Shown here one piece after another: positions 24,478 to 38,200 of a stretch of DNA of 64,000 nt. Below the pieces are notes generated by a model. It was not told the origin of the DNA and searched no databases. It saw nothing but the letters and a program-made list of their open reading frames with translations. Position numbers and translations under genes: made by a program. This DNA is from Cenococcum geophilum (Eukaryota). Location: assembly GCA_050273025.1 (NCBI GenBank), contig CP158635.1, positions 12,400,001 through 12,464,000 on the forward strand, written 5' to 3'. The stretch's first letter is position 1. Each line of letters opens with the position of its first letter.

Positions 24478-24900
24478 TTAACCAACTCGACACGCAATTG
24501 ACCAACTTAACACGCAATTAACCAACTTAATATGCAATTTGACTAACTTAACACGCAGTTAACCTACTTAACATGCAATTTAACTAACTTAACACGCAGT
24601 TGACCTACTTAACATGCAATTTAACTAACTTAACACGTAGTTAACCTACTTAATATATAATTTAACTAACTTAACACGCAGTTAACCTACTTAATATGCA
24701 ATTTAACTAACTTAATACGCAGTTAACCTACTTAATATATAATTTAACTAACTTAATATGTAGTTGACCTACTTAATATATAATTTAACTAACTTAACAC
24801 GCAATTAACCTACTTAATATACAATTTAACTAACTTAACACGCAATTAACCTACTTAATATATAATTTAACTAACTTAATATGTAGTTAACCTACTTAAC
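24478..24900 (+). repeat. 20/21-bp tandem repeat (AACTAACTTAACACGCAGTT / AACCTACTTAATATGCAATTT)
   Basis: About 20 alternating units visible directly. Confidence 0.9.
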
Positions 24901-25039
24901 AACTTTAAAAGCTAACTGTATATTTCTTAACGTGCGATTAAGGTAAAGTTATATACTATATATTTAACTATTATATATAATCCTATACAATCTTATACAA
25001 TCTCATACAATCTCATACAATCTTATAGTCTTATTACTT

Positions 25040-25495
25040 GGAGGCTCTGCACGAGGCTCTACACAAAGCTCTGCGTATAGAGGCTCTGCACGAAGCTCTG
25101 CGCATAGAGGCTCTGCACAAAGCTCTGCACGAAGCTTCGCATAAGGCTCTTCACGAGGCTCTACACGAAGCTCTGCGTACAGAGGCTCTGCACGAAGCTC
25201 TGCACGAAGCTCTGCACGAAGCTCTGCACGAAGCTCTGCACGAAGCTCTGCACGAAGCTCTGCACGAAGCTCTGCACGAGGCTCTGCACGAGGCTCTGCG
25301 CGAAGCTCTGCGCGAAGCTCTGCGCGAAGCTCTGCGTACAGAGGCTCTGCACAAGGCTCTGCGAGAAGCTCTGCGTACAGAGGCTCTGCACGAGGCTCTG
25401 CGTACAGAGGCTCTGCACGAGGCTCTGCGTACAGAGGCTCTGCACGAGGCTCTGCGCGAAGCTCTGCGTACAGAGGCTCTACACGAAGCTCTGCA
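25040..25495 (+). repeat. 12-bp minisatellite GAAGCTCTGCAC
   Basis: More than 30 units with GAGGCTCTGCGTACA variants; source of the (EALH)n ORF. Confidence 0.95.
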
Positions 25496-25642
25496 TCGGG
25501 TCCCCGCTATATTCCCGATAGCCTCTACACGTGCCTCTACCCTATATAACCACCTTATTTTTTACCCTTCCTTCCTTCTTTATATCCTCCCTACCTAGGG
25601 AGGCACCAGAACGGCAGCCAGCAGAGGACCGTTGCTAGAACT

Positions 25643-26183
25643 AGACGACCGTCGCCAGAACCAGATGACCGTTACCAGAACCAGACGACCATCGCCAGCC
25701 AGACGACCGTCGCCAGAACCAGACGACTGTCGCCAGAACCAGACGACTGTCGCCAGAACCAGACGACTGTCGCCAGAACCAGACGACCGTCGCCAGCCAG
25801 ACGACCGTTACCAGAACCAGACGACCGTTGCCAGAGCCAGACGACCGTCGCCAGAACCAGACGACCGTTGCCAGCGCCAGACGACCGTCGCCAGAACCAG
25901 ACGACCGTTGCCAGAGCCAGACGACCGTCGCCAGAACCAGACGACCGTTGCCAGCGCCAGACGACCGTCGCCAGAACCAGACGACCGTCGCCAGAACCAG
26001 ACGACCGTCGCCAGCCAGACGACCGTTACCAGAACCAGACGACCGTTGCCAGAGCCAGACGACCGTCGCCAGAACCAGACGACCGTTGCCAGCGCCAGAC
26101 GACCGTCGCCAGAACCAGACGACCGTTGCCAGCGCCAGACGACCGTCGCCAGAACCAGACGACCGTCGCCAGAGCCAGACGAC
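25643..26183 (+). repeat. 20-bp minisatellite AGACGACCGTCGCCAGAACC
   Basis: More than 25 near-identical units; open frames on both strands. Confidence 0.95.
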
Positions 26184-26259
26184 AACGACTAGCCAGCCAA
26201 CACTATAAACGATTCGATCGATTGATCGAATTAAGGTAGCACAGACAGGTAGGCACAAA

Positions 26260-26680
26260 CAGGTAGATGCTAATGGGTAGGTAGATGTAGACAGATAGGC
26301 AGATGCAGATAGGTAAGCAGATATAGATAGGCAGGTAGATGCAGATAGGTAAGTAGATGCAGATAGGCAAGCAGATATAGATAGGTAGGTAGATACTAAC
26401 GGGTAGGTAGATGTAAATAGGTAGGTAGATATAAACAAGTAGATATAGATAAGCAGGTAGATGCAGATAGGTAAGTAGATGTAGATAGGTAAGCAGATAT
26501 AGATAGGTAGATAGATGCTAACGGGTAGGTAAATATAGATAGGTAGGCAGATGTAGATAGGTAGGCAAATGCAGACAGGTAGATGTAGATAGGTAGGCGA
26601 TGTAGATAGGTAGGTAGATGCAGATAGGTAGGCGATATAGGCAGGTAGGTAAGTCAATAGGTACAGTAGATAGGTAGAAG
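26260..26680 (+). repeat. Degenerate purine-rich (GTAGATAG/GCAGAT) simple repeat
   Basis: Low-complexity AGAT/AGGT/GCAG array. Confidence 0.85.
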
Positions 26681-29263
26681 AGAACCATCGCTATATTATA
26701 TTAAATTATCTAAAATAATAATATTTATTTTGCTAGCCTTATAAATAGCTTTAAAATAGCTTTTATTTATTTAAAATATGCTATTAGTATAAAAGAGGTA
26801 AATATAATTATGGTTGCCAAATGCGTAGATTACTGGCAGGTTGCGCGCAGGCTGCGTGTCAAAAAAACACGACATAGGCTAGTCGGTCGAGTTGCCAAAT
26901 GACCTCAACTGCGCGCCAATTGCGTCAACCACCAACCATTGAGGCCATTGAAAGGGTACCATATTTTGCTAATGTAGCGAGTATCGTAATATAATATTAC
27001 GATATAATTAATATAATATTATATATTTATACTTATAGTATACGGTTATTAAGTAAACCCGTTATTATACTTAGGATCTAGTTTCTTTAAATCTTTTATA
27101 GTATCCTTAAACGGATTACTAATTGCCTACTAAGTCTATAGTATCTTATCTCTAGTTATATTCCATATCTTATTAACTTATTATAAAAGTAGCCTATATA
27201 GCCTTTTATTACGCTTAAATTAGTAGCTCTTTTAAGTATTCCGTAGTTACTCCTAACTATCTATAATACGCTTTAGTAAGTATAGTAAGAGGCTTCCTAT
27301 AGATTTACCTATAATTATAGCGTTAGCTTTAAACTTATAAATAACTTATATTCTATTTCTATAGTCCTTAAAAGTATATTAAATCGCTATATATATATAA
27401 GTTATATCGTATTAGCTATAATAGGCGAAAAGAGGTTAGTACTATTCTTATTAAGGGTAAGTAACTTTAGCCTAGTATTAAAGAATACGCGCTTAATATA
27501 ATGTGTAATAATTAGTGCCCTAAATCTTATCTCTCTATTCTAGCCTTAGTTAGTTAGGTATAATAAAAGGCAAAGTACTAACTAGGCCACTAAGCGTAAA
27601 GCGGTTATTCTTAAGTAGTTCTACTACTTCCTCTACTATAGCCTTAGTATTTAGTTTAAGGCAGTTATAGTTCCCGGTAATAGTATTGTGTACTATATTT
27701 ATTATATAATACTAAAATACGCTAAGCTGGTTATATAGCTAGAAAATTAGTTAGTATAGTGCTACTAAATCTAAGGACCGCGAACCTTGCGTGCCGCCGG
27801 CCCTAGTAGTATACTTAATGCTCTATTTATTGGGTTTTTATAACAGTCTATAATAGCAATTGCCTCTTTCTACATTTGCTTTATTAGTATGTTTAAACTA
27901 CTTATGTTTATTTCTGGCTAGGGAGAGAGATAGAGCTTTTTAGGTATAGAGCCTATTATTATTTATATAATAAGACGTATCTAAGCAATACTGTATATCT
28001 TTATATTAACTAGGCTAAGTAGCTACTTTATATATTATCTAAAGTCATCCTATAGTAGTTGTTTATTTAAGTAATATATACGTTTCTTTTAAATGTAGGT
28101 TTTAGATGTCTTGCGGTTACTTAGGGTTTATAGGCTTTCGTCTAATAAGAACGGGACTATCTATTAAAATAATATTATTAAAATTAATAATAATAGGTTA
28201 TACTATAGCATATTAATAACAGCCTTACCTTTTAATAGAGATAGTTATAGTATAGAGCCTAATATTATCCCCTTTAAGATCTAGATTATTTTAGAAGCTA
28301 TTACTTAACTTATAGCGTCTTTATTTACTTTTTTATAGAATAGGTAGAGAATAAGTATATTAGTTTAGTAGAATTATTTAGCTTTTATACGCACCTTACT
28401 TCCCTAAAAGACGCTAAATAGTCTAGAGTCTTATACCTAATATACTTTAAATAATAACCTGGTTAACTTTTATAATATAAATTAGGTATTTTTTACTAAG
28501 TATATAAAAAGGAGTTTTAATAAACTTATAATAATAAGTTAGGAGGGCGGCCTGACTATTTATTAGGCTTTATAATAGGGTAATTAGATTACCTTACTAT
28601 AGCATAGGGTCCTACTTTATATAATATTTTTTCTATACCGCATAGAAGCCTAGTTCCTCGCGATATTTGCCTACTCTTAAGGTAGATGGTACGGTATATA
28701 GGATATAAAGAGTAGCTAGCGCGTAAAGGGCAATATATAGTAGTGTTATATTCTAGTTTATTATAGTTGCAGTAATCTACCCCTTTATTATAATCTGGCG
28801 CCGCTAGTTATAACTTACCGCTATTTTAGCTAAGTTATATTTATTTACCGCCTAGTATAAGCCTATTTCCTTATATATATATTAACCTATACCCTATTTA
28901 TTTACTTAAAATCTTTATTATATATAGTATTATATATATCCTAATTACTATAGTTGTTTATAAAGAAACAGTCTATAATATTAATGTCCGTTAGTATAAG
29001 TAAGATAGGCCTTGTGATATAGTTAATATTATATATCTAAAGGGTATCTAGCGTGCGTTTCGTCCTGCTATTAGATAGCTTTATACTTTATACTCTAAGT
29101 ATTCTAGTTTTTATGTTAATTTTACTACTGTTATAAACTTAGAGGGTCTTTACTAACGTACTAGCGTATTTTAGGTATTTGCCCTCGCTATCTAATCGCT
29201 TAGTATCCTAGATTATAAGTAGTAGACAAAGCTTCCCTACTTTATTACTATAGAGGCTATTAT

Positions 29264-32200
29264 TGTTAGTTACACAGGGTGACTCACCAATAACGACTAC
29301 TCGAGTAGGGTTACAGTAATGTTGGTTAATAAAGCTTTTTAATTAGAATAAGGGAGGGCGAGGAGCTTAAGGCTCCTTGCCACGCTAGTGCCGCGGCGTT
29401 ACGTAATAACCGCTTACCTTATTCCCGACACTAGCAACTCTTCTTTTATAGTTGCTATCTATATATAAATACTACTTAACTAGCGTAACAAATACCAATC
29501 CTCCTTACTTACTATTGCTATTGCAATATAAGTCTCGCTGTCCTAAAATTTGCCTTTTAGTATATAGTGCTTTCTTACTTAGAGTCGTAAGTCTATATTG
29601 TGTTAGGGCCGCTAAGGCGCTAGTTATAAGCGAGCCAATAGCAAATTTCTATCCCGGGGATGGAAAATCCTAATTGGCTAGGTTAAGTTAGGGTCTGCAG
29701 AATCTGGCCAATTAAACAACTTTAACCGGCGGTCGAAGTTCCTAGATATCTTAAGACCTTACGTAACTAAGAAATTTCTAGGGACTCCCTTTTAACCCAA
29801 CCTTTAACTTATATACGTAGAGTATTTATATTAACAAACGTCTCTAATGCCTTGTTTAGGTTCGCCTTTATTATCGCATCTACTAGGTTATCTTAGCCAT
29901 TAATCCATTAAATCTTAAAGAGTTCTTAACGCTTGTAGGATTGCTAAAGTGCTAAAATATTAATTATAAGGCGCTTTTTCTTTATGGTACTAAGCTTAAC
30001 TAAACACTTATAGAGGGAATATAAGTTGGTGTATACGATTATAGAGATAATAGGAAGTTTGAGTTAATCTATAATTATCTTTAGGGTAGTTCTAATTATA
30101 ATTGCTATATTAACTCCGCTAACTATTCTATATATCTCTAACACTAAAATACTTTAGGTAACGCGCTTGCTCTTAATTAAGCTCTAATAAATAAGATTGC
30201 TATAGATTATAAAGTTATTCTCTCTAGTAAATTTATTTATAATAATAATCTTATATCCTAACTAGGAGCTAAAATCTTTATTATTTATAAACGATCCATT
30301 AATAAATATAAAGAGCTTAATAGTAGGAAGATTAATAGGCACGTAGAGTAGTCCCCAATTAAGATGGTTTATTTACTAGGAAAGACGCTTATTTAGGGCA
30401 AGAATATTATCCTTAGTTAGTTCCTAGTGTTAAGCGGCAATAGAGAGATTAAATAAAGCCTTAGGTTAATAGATAGAAGTAATATAAGCTCCGCAAGCGC
30501 GTTGCTCCACGTATCCTTACTTTAGAGAATTAATGTTAATAACATTAATCTTCTTACCTTAACCCTTCTGGCGCAAAGCAATAGAATTCTTATTTAGGGA
30601 GAGGATGCATCTATTAAAGAGTAATGGTATTATTAAATTAAGCTTTTCCTTTGGCTTTACTATAAGATTTGCCTTTATTAGCTTATCTTCTTTAAGAGCT
30701 AAGAACTGGTCATCTCCTAAGATAATTATATTATTAGTTTATATACCAATAATTCCGAATAGAGTTCCTATAGTTATAATAAGGAAGCAGGAATTAAATA
30801 TAGAAGTAGTTATTAAAAGCTTCTCTTTATAGTGCTTACTGTAGGTAGCCTACTAGTAAGTTCCTGCCTCTGCGATTTTATATAATGGCTTAAGCATAAC
30901 TATAATTATATCTTTAGGATACTAGTAGCGAATTTGCTCCAGAAGGTATGCTAATATTAAGCGCTAAAGGTGTATCTCTAATTGGGTATAGGCTTAAGTG
31001 ATATCTCGTAAATAAACTGCTATTCTATTCTTTATTAAGGAGGGAGCTAGCGCAACAATAACTTACTAATTAGCTCGTTAAATTATAGGAGATTGCGTAA
31101 GAATTACCTCCTTACTATTATCGTTGTAACCTTAGATAATAAGCCTTAATTTCTTAAATAGGGCGTTAGTAGCTTTGCCCTTAATCTTGTTAACTATTCT
31201 TAACTTAAAGATGCGAACTCTATTGAACTTAGTAAGGTTATACTTCTTAAATTTAAAGACTCCTCTTATAATAAGACCATCGATCTCCTGCTTATCGGAT
31301 GCTTAAAAAGGAGCTCTTAGAGTTATAATACGACCTTCCTTTCAGAGCTGTTTTACAAGTTCGAAGTTAGCCTTTTCCTTAGCTGTTATAAAGGCCATTA
31401 ATAGCTTAACTCTATTCTTAATAGCGGCAATAAATTGCTCTTTAAAATTAATAAAATGTTAGCGATTTTATAATCCCTTCGGGCGACCTCTACCGCGTCG
31501 TGGTTGCGGCGTATCTACTATAATTGTGTTAGGATTGTGGTTCTCCTCTAGGGCATTTTCTATAGCATCCTACAAAGGCTTAGAACTGTTATCTTTGTAG
31601 TAAGGCTTAATAACAGTTAAACAGAATTAAGTGGGTCCGTAAGGCATCTAAATAGTGCAAGTTTAACTATTAATTGCAATAAGTTAATATGGGCCTAACT
31701 ACCCTCCTTTTTTACGCTATACGCGTACCTTAGACTAGAGTGGTAGATTAAGCGTAGTTAAGGTGTTTAGGCCATTTCTTATTTCTAGTGCGTTGTTAAC
31801 CTAGCGTATAGCGTAGAGATGTCGCACCTCCTTCATTGCCTTATAAATAGCCTTAGCTTATTATATAACAGAGGGAGATAGTGGAGAATTATTAGTTATT
31901 TAAGCGTAGGCGCTAAAGACAAGTAACGTAGGTATAAGTCTATTTAGGCCAGTAGAATTATTAACGGCTTTAACAGCTATTTATAAGGTAAGTTCTTCGC
32001 TAGCGTCCTCTAGTTCTAAAGAGATAATCTTATATACGCGGCGTAATGGTGCGTAATATCGTTCTACTTTTCTAATACTATTATATGCCTTAATAGGGAC
32101 TTCCTTAACCTTAATTGCCATTACTTTTATCTATTATTAAAACTCTATAGATAAGAAGTTCTTTTCTACATTATAGACGATTTAGTTAGGGGGTTTTAGG

Positions 32201-35200
32201 TAGATATTAATCTAGTATAATTATAGGGTGTCCTATGCATTTCTAGCTAATATATCCTTTAAGAAACGTGCGGCTTAGAAGGAGGTTAAGAAGTTAATAA
32301 CTTAGAGTACTAGCTTGCCGCTAAGGTATATAACGTTAATAATAATATAGAAGTTAAAGTTATAGTTATTTTTAAGGCTGAACTTAAATCGGCCAGGGGA
32401 CTTCTGGTTTATTTAGCAGTAATAGTAGTACTTTATAAGATGCTCAATCGCCTTAACCTTAACTTTATGGCCTACTCGCTAAAGGACCCTAAGTAGTTGG
32501 TAAATAGATAGGTGGCTAAAGCGATGGTGTAGTTAACGTAACTCTAACTTAGTTAAGTGGCTCTAAGCAATACTCTTTTCTAGTTAATAAAGGAGCAACT
32601 AGAGGTAACCCTATTTGCGCATAACAGGCACCCAATTATCTCCCTAAATAAGTATATCCTTAAGGTTATTAAGCTTAACGCCTAATTTATCTATATCTCT
32701 AATGTAAAATAGAAATAGGGTATTTATAGGAATAACGTAAAAGGTAATATACCCTAAGGGGGTTTGGACCCTAATTATGCTAAAAGAGATTGTAGTACCC
32801 TTGCTAAAACAAATCGTATATTGGCCTGCCGTTAAATAGTTAATCTAAACAGAGCTATTAAGCTGCTAAAGGGCTCGAACTTAAGGTTCTCCTACTATAG
32901 ATACTTTTACGGCTCTAGTATCTAGTATAATACTATAGAAGACGTTTGCCGAGTATCTGTTATTAAAGGAAAACGCGGAACTCTCCCTTAGCTTGTTAAA
33001 GATATCTAATTTTATAGTAAAATAGAGCGTAGATTAGTTATTAAGAATAGTGACGGTTTATATACCATCTACCTTATTATACTTAGTGAAGTATTAGTTG
33101 GGTAAGTAGTCCTTAATTTCTATATCTATAAGGAGCTATTTGGCCTTATTAACCTCACTCTTAAAATATTTTACGCCTTTATATTAAACCAGAAAGCTTT
33201 AAAAGTAGGCTATAGTAACCTTATAATTTCTAACATTTCTTATACTTTAGTAAAACTTATTATATACCTCCTTTCGCTTATTAAAAGAATGCCTAGTTAA
33301 CTAGTAATTCGGCTTCTTATAAATATAGCACTTCTTCTAGTAATTACTTTAAAATGAACCTCCATAAGGGCCTCCATCTTTACCTTATAGTTATTAATTA
33401 TACCCTCTACCGTATTATCCACCCCAGCTACTATATATTCGATTAGTCTAGTTATAATTATATTAGTTAGGCGGGTTAATTAAAGTAGGTTAGAGTTAGG
33501 CGTTAAATTGCTATACTTTTTAAGAGTGTAGAGTGGTGCTAATAGAAGATCTTAATTAAGTATATACTCCTTTATAAGTATTTACAGGATTAAAGAGTAT
33601 AAGGTTGCATTCTTTAACGCCTTAGTATACGCTAATAACTTAATTACATAGGCTGAAATCCTTTTAATATAATTTGGATAAACCACACTAAATCGTCTAA
33701 AGTTAATTAAAGAGCTTTTGAAGATAATTAAGTTAAGGGACACCTAGGTTTGTAGCGATAATCCTTAGGAAGGTAGTTTCTCTCCATTCTAATATATACT
33801 ACTACTTATTCTCTTCTATTTTAAAGTGGCATCTTAATATATATATTATGCGGTTAAAATCGTATCCTTTTCCTGCTAAATGATTATAATAGAAGGTACT
33901 AGCTTGGCCCTTAAGCATAACGGAATAGGCATTATAGTATTAATTAGACTCTATTCCTACCTTCTGGCAATAGTTATAGAAGATACGTAGTTTCGAATTG
34001 AGAATATCGTATAATTCCCCGCCAAACTTCTTCTCCTAATTTAAGTAGAGCTTCGCAAGCTTTATAAGCAATTTTGAACTACCTCCGATTTAAGATTAAG
34101 ATGGAGGTAGGAGTTGCATTATAGGCTGCAGTGGGGACGTAGGTCTGGTTGGTAGAGTCCGAAGGTCGTTAAATTGCGAAGCAATGGGATCCTATGCCTG
34201 CTCTTGTTGGGGTATAGTATCTAACGTTGAAGTTATAGGTTAAATTGGATATAGAGGAGTTAAGGGCGGAGGTAGGGTTGTCTCTAAAGGTGTATTACTT
34301 AGGTTCCATTATAAGTTAAGCTTCCTTATAGTGCGTAGTTGGTACTTAATCTCTTATGGAGTCCATTTATGCTCTTTTTTTATGTTAATAACCTACTCCT
34401 AAATATTGTCTCTAATAGTACCCCCATCCATTGGTATAAACACTCTATACTCCCACAAGAAGTTATAGAAGTCTTGTATAATATCCTTCTTTATAGGAGT
34501 CTATATTTCCTTTATCCATCTAATAAAGTCCTCCTTTATATAATACTATAGTATAGTATTATTGTATTTGCTATCTTTATAGTATACTATACGGTATAAT
34601 AAGAATCCGTTTAGGTCCTATTACTTAGCGTTTATAAAGTTAATTATATCGGTATTCCATATTTCCGGGTTAATGTCCTTCTCGTACTTCTTTAGATAGG
34701 TTAACGCTATAGTAAGTACAGAATTGATGGGGTGTCGTACGTTAAAGGTAAGTAGGATTTTTGGTTTTATAGGATCTCGTAGGTTTACTATTAAGAGGTA
34801 GGCAATTTAAGATATTGTTTAACGCGTTTTAGACGTCATTTAACGCGTTTTAGACGTTAACTTGGGACTATAGGTTTAGTAACACTTCTAACCTAAAGTA
34901 CTTAACCAAATCTTTGTAAACGTGGTTGTTTTATATAATAGACGCAACTTGGTATCTCCTAGTACTTAGTAACACTTCTATTACTAGTTTTCCGTAAGTT
35001 TAAGATAGCACAGTATCGCCAGAATCCATTCCATATAAGCATATATAGCACCCCTATACAAGACTATCTCTTCTATTTAAAAACCTAGCTGCTCTATAGT
35101 TAACTGTATATTTAACCACTAATTAGTGTTAGTTATATAGGGTAACTCACCAATAACAACTACTTAAGTAGGGTTACAGTGATGTTGGTTAATAAAGCTT

Positions 35201-35293
35201 TTTAATTAGAATAAGGGAGGGCGAGGAGCTTAAGGCTCCTCGCTACGCTAGTGCCGTGGCGTTACGTAATAACCGCTTACCTCATTCCCGACA
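29264..35293 (-). mobile_element. Ty1/Copia LTR retrotransposon, full length (6030 bp), RIP-inactivated
   Basis: 167-bp LTRs at 29264-29430 and 35127-35293 (TG...CA); 5-bp TSD ATTAT. Minus-strand order is gag zinc knuckle (~33330), protease (DTGA-like, ~32920), pre-integrase H.RF.H (~32530), integrase, RT (KSRL.IQGYND; KPLYGIAEAG, ~30880) and RNase H (DGSF.NNKD.SSQLGY, ~30290), which is the Copia domain order. Confidence 0.93.
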
Positions 35294-38200
35294 ATTATTA
35301 CCTACTTATATTCTTATACTATAACAGCATTATAACAGGGGGCTTTAGTATTAGCCTATAATAGGGTATATTAAGTAAATACCTTATTAAGCTTATTAGT
35401 ATTAATAGTATCCTTTTTAAAGTAAATATAGTATATAATGCTATAATAGATGCTTAAGGGTATCTTTAATACCTAATTATTATCGGCCTCTAGTTGGTTA
35501 ATATCCTAGTTTATTTACTAGATTCTATTAATCTACTTACGGTATTCCCTTATAAAGGGGGCTAGTTTAGATATAAGGTTGGTAATCTCTATCTAGCGCT
35601 ATACCTCCTTAACCGTACGCTAGATAGATATATTAATTCTTTAGTCTTAAAGTGTCTAAGTTATATAGTTGTTAAAGTTCTATATATATAAGTAATATAC
35701 GCATATATTAACTATAGGGCCTAGTTATATTGTCTATATTACGCTTATTAGGTCTACTAGGTTTAAAGAACGACATATAAAGGGCTGTTACAACGTAGTA
35801 ATAAGAAGATATTTCCTTACGGACGAGCCGTATACACTCTAGTAGCTATATTAAAAGTAGTATAGGCAGTGACGCAATAACGAGTAGGAAGATTTCTATA
35901 TATAGTTAGACGAAAAAGTTATCTAAGACCACCTAATTATAGAAAAGGCTATAAATCACATTAAAGGGGCCTTAATTATAATATTAAAAGATCTAGAGGA
36001 ATACTTAGAGGACTAGAGAAGTAAATAACGCATCTTAGTACCTGCGAATAAAGTTATAACATTTAGATTAACACAGCAGAGGTTTAAACTTAAGAACAAA
36101 GACGAGCTAAAAGTTAACCTAAAGCACTAAGTATATTATACGCTATTATAGATTATATATATGGATAATATATGCAACATACACAAAGCACTAAAGGATA
36201 AGCACTATAAGTATCCTATAAGAATATATTGGATAATAGAGGAGCAAAAATATAGGAATGCTAATTATATATATAGCTGGCATCTAATAGAAGTTCAGGA
36301 GTTAGGTAACTTAATACTTTAATTAGAAAGATTCTTTACAGAAGAATGCCTAGACAAATAATAGTAGTGGGAATATTTAGAGAATATACGTCTATGGTAT
36401 ATTAAAAACAAAAAGCAAACTAAGTATTAGCCTAAGTTAGACTAAGTATAAATAGGATTAAGCAGCCAATAGTTAGGAAAAGTAGAGGCCTATAGGACTA
36501 GAGGGAGCTAGTAGTAGAGCCTTAGACCCTTAAAGGAATTTAAGGATAACACCTAAATTTATAAATTAAGTGGTAAGATTAGCAGTTTAAGGCACTAATA
36601 GATAGTGGAGCAATAAGGAACTATATCTCGCTAATAGCAGTTAAAAGAATGGGTTTACTATATAGGAAAAAGAAGCACCCTTACCTATTAGTGACAATCT
36701 TAGGAGATCTAATAACTTATAGAGGAGGGATTATTAATCTTAAAATAGGACCTATTTAGTTAACCATTAAAGGGAGATAAATTAAGATGTCTTTTAATAT
36801 ATTACCATTAGGAAATAATAAGGCAGTATTAAGAATACCTTAGTTATAGGAATATAATCTAAAGATTAATTGGATTACAGGTTAGGTTAATATTAGGGAT
36901 ACTTAACACTATAAGAGGCGATAATAAGCTAAGATAGTATAGTACTAGGTCGGAGCGATATATAAGGAGACTAAGCGAGGCTTAAGTTATATACCAAAGA
37001 GATACTATAAGTATGGTAAAAAACTATAGTCACTGGAAAGTAAAAAGCTGTTAGAGTATATAGTATGGGACTATAAGATAGAATTAGAACTAGGAATAAG
37101 TTCTAAGTTCTTTTTAATCTATAAGCTTACTAAAAAAGAAGGTAGAGCACTAAAAGAGTTTGTCTAGAAAAATCTATAAAAGGGATATATTAGACCATCG
37201 CAGTTATTAACGGGTTATCTAGTACTATTTATACTAAAGAAAAATAGTAAGCTAAGGCTGTGTATTAACTATAGATAGTTAAACAGCATTACTAGAAAAG
37301 ATAGGTATCTTTTACCCTTAATTAGCGAAATTTAAGATAGGATAGATAACGCGTAAATCTTTATAAAGATAGATCTAAGATAGGCGTACCATTAAATTAA
37401 AATTAAGGAAGGTAATAAATAGAAGGCAGCCTTTAGATTAAAGAAAGGACTATATAAACTATTAGTTATACAATTTAGGCTTATAAACGCACTAGTAATA
37501 TTCTAAAAGCGTATTAATAATATATTAGGAGAATACTTAGATGAATTTATTATAGTATACCTTAATAATATTATTATCTACTTAATAACTAAGGAGGAAT
37601 ATGGAGAACACATTAAATAGGTCTTAAAAAGACTATAGGAAGAACAGATGCTAGTAATAATCAAGAAATGCGAGTTCTTTACTAGGAAGACCGATTTTAT
37701 TAGATTTATTATTAAACTAGGCTAACTTAGTATAAATCTAAAGAAGATTAAGGCTATAGTAAATTAGTAAGAACCAGAGAATGTTATATAGTTAAGATTG
37801 TTTCTAGGGTTTTATAATTACTATAGAAAGTTTATAGCGCAATAGTTAAAGGATATTAAGCTATTTACACGGTTAATAAAGAAAGAAGAACTATAGGTAT
37901 AGGGAGAGGAATAGTAGGAACTCTTTAAGAAAGTTAAAGAGTTGTTTACCTAGGAGCTAGTTCTTAAGATCTATTAACTAGGTCTAGAGACTGTTATAGA
38001 AACAGATGCATTAGACTATATACTAGGGGTATACTTTATATAGAAATATTAGGATGGATAGTACCTAGTAATATACTATAGTTAGAAGATAACACTACTA
38101 GAGTTAAACTATAACATCTATAATAAGGAGTTATTAGGTATAGTTATAGTATTAAAGAAATAGAGAGCATTTTTATAAGGTATAGAGAAACTATTTATAG

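Larger units (their letters stand above)
22482..35750 (-). mobile_element. Plavaka/CACTA-like DNA transposon remnant with repeat-rich end (5' part missing)
   Basis: Minus-strand relic at 35750-35299 plus 29258-28900 de-RIPs to D.VIVQE..GLHG..VGKL.LL...GALVE...D.ETGMLGV...I.RPILLIP...FFVNNYSDWD.YN.IY, resembling a Plavaka transposase C-terminus. A second relic (~28900-27100) has FRA.II.H.I.RVFF...FSP..A....L..TAI...F.DY, resembling DUF6532. Boundaries are inferred from where Gypsy sequence stops and resumes. Confidence 0.55.

Noticed and set aside
22600..26183. CRISPR-like appearance of regular repeats
   Set aside because: Units are head-to-tail with no unique spacers, there are no cas genes, and the context is eukaryotic.
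25038..26657. Long ORFs (EALH)n, (PEPDDRRQNQTTV)n and the 338-aa minus-strand ORF
   Set aside because: They are products of stop-free minisatellite units that are open in several frames on both strands; no unique domain.
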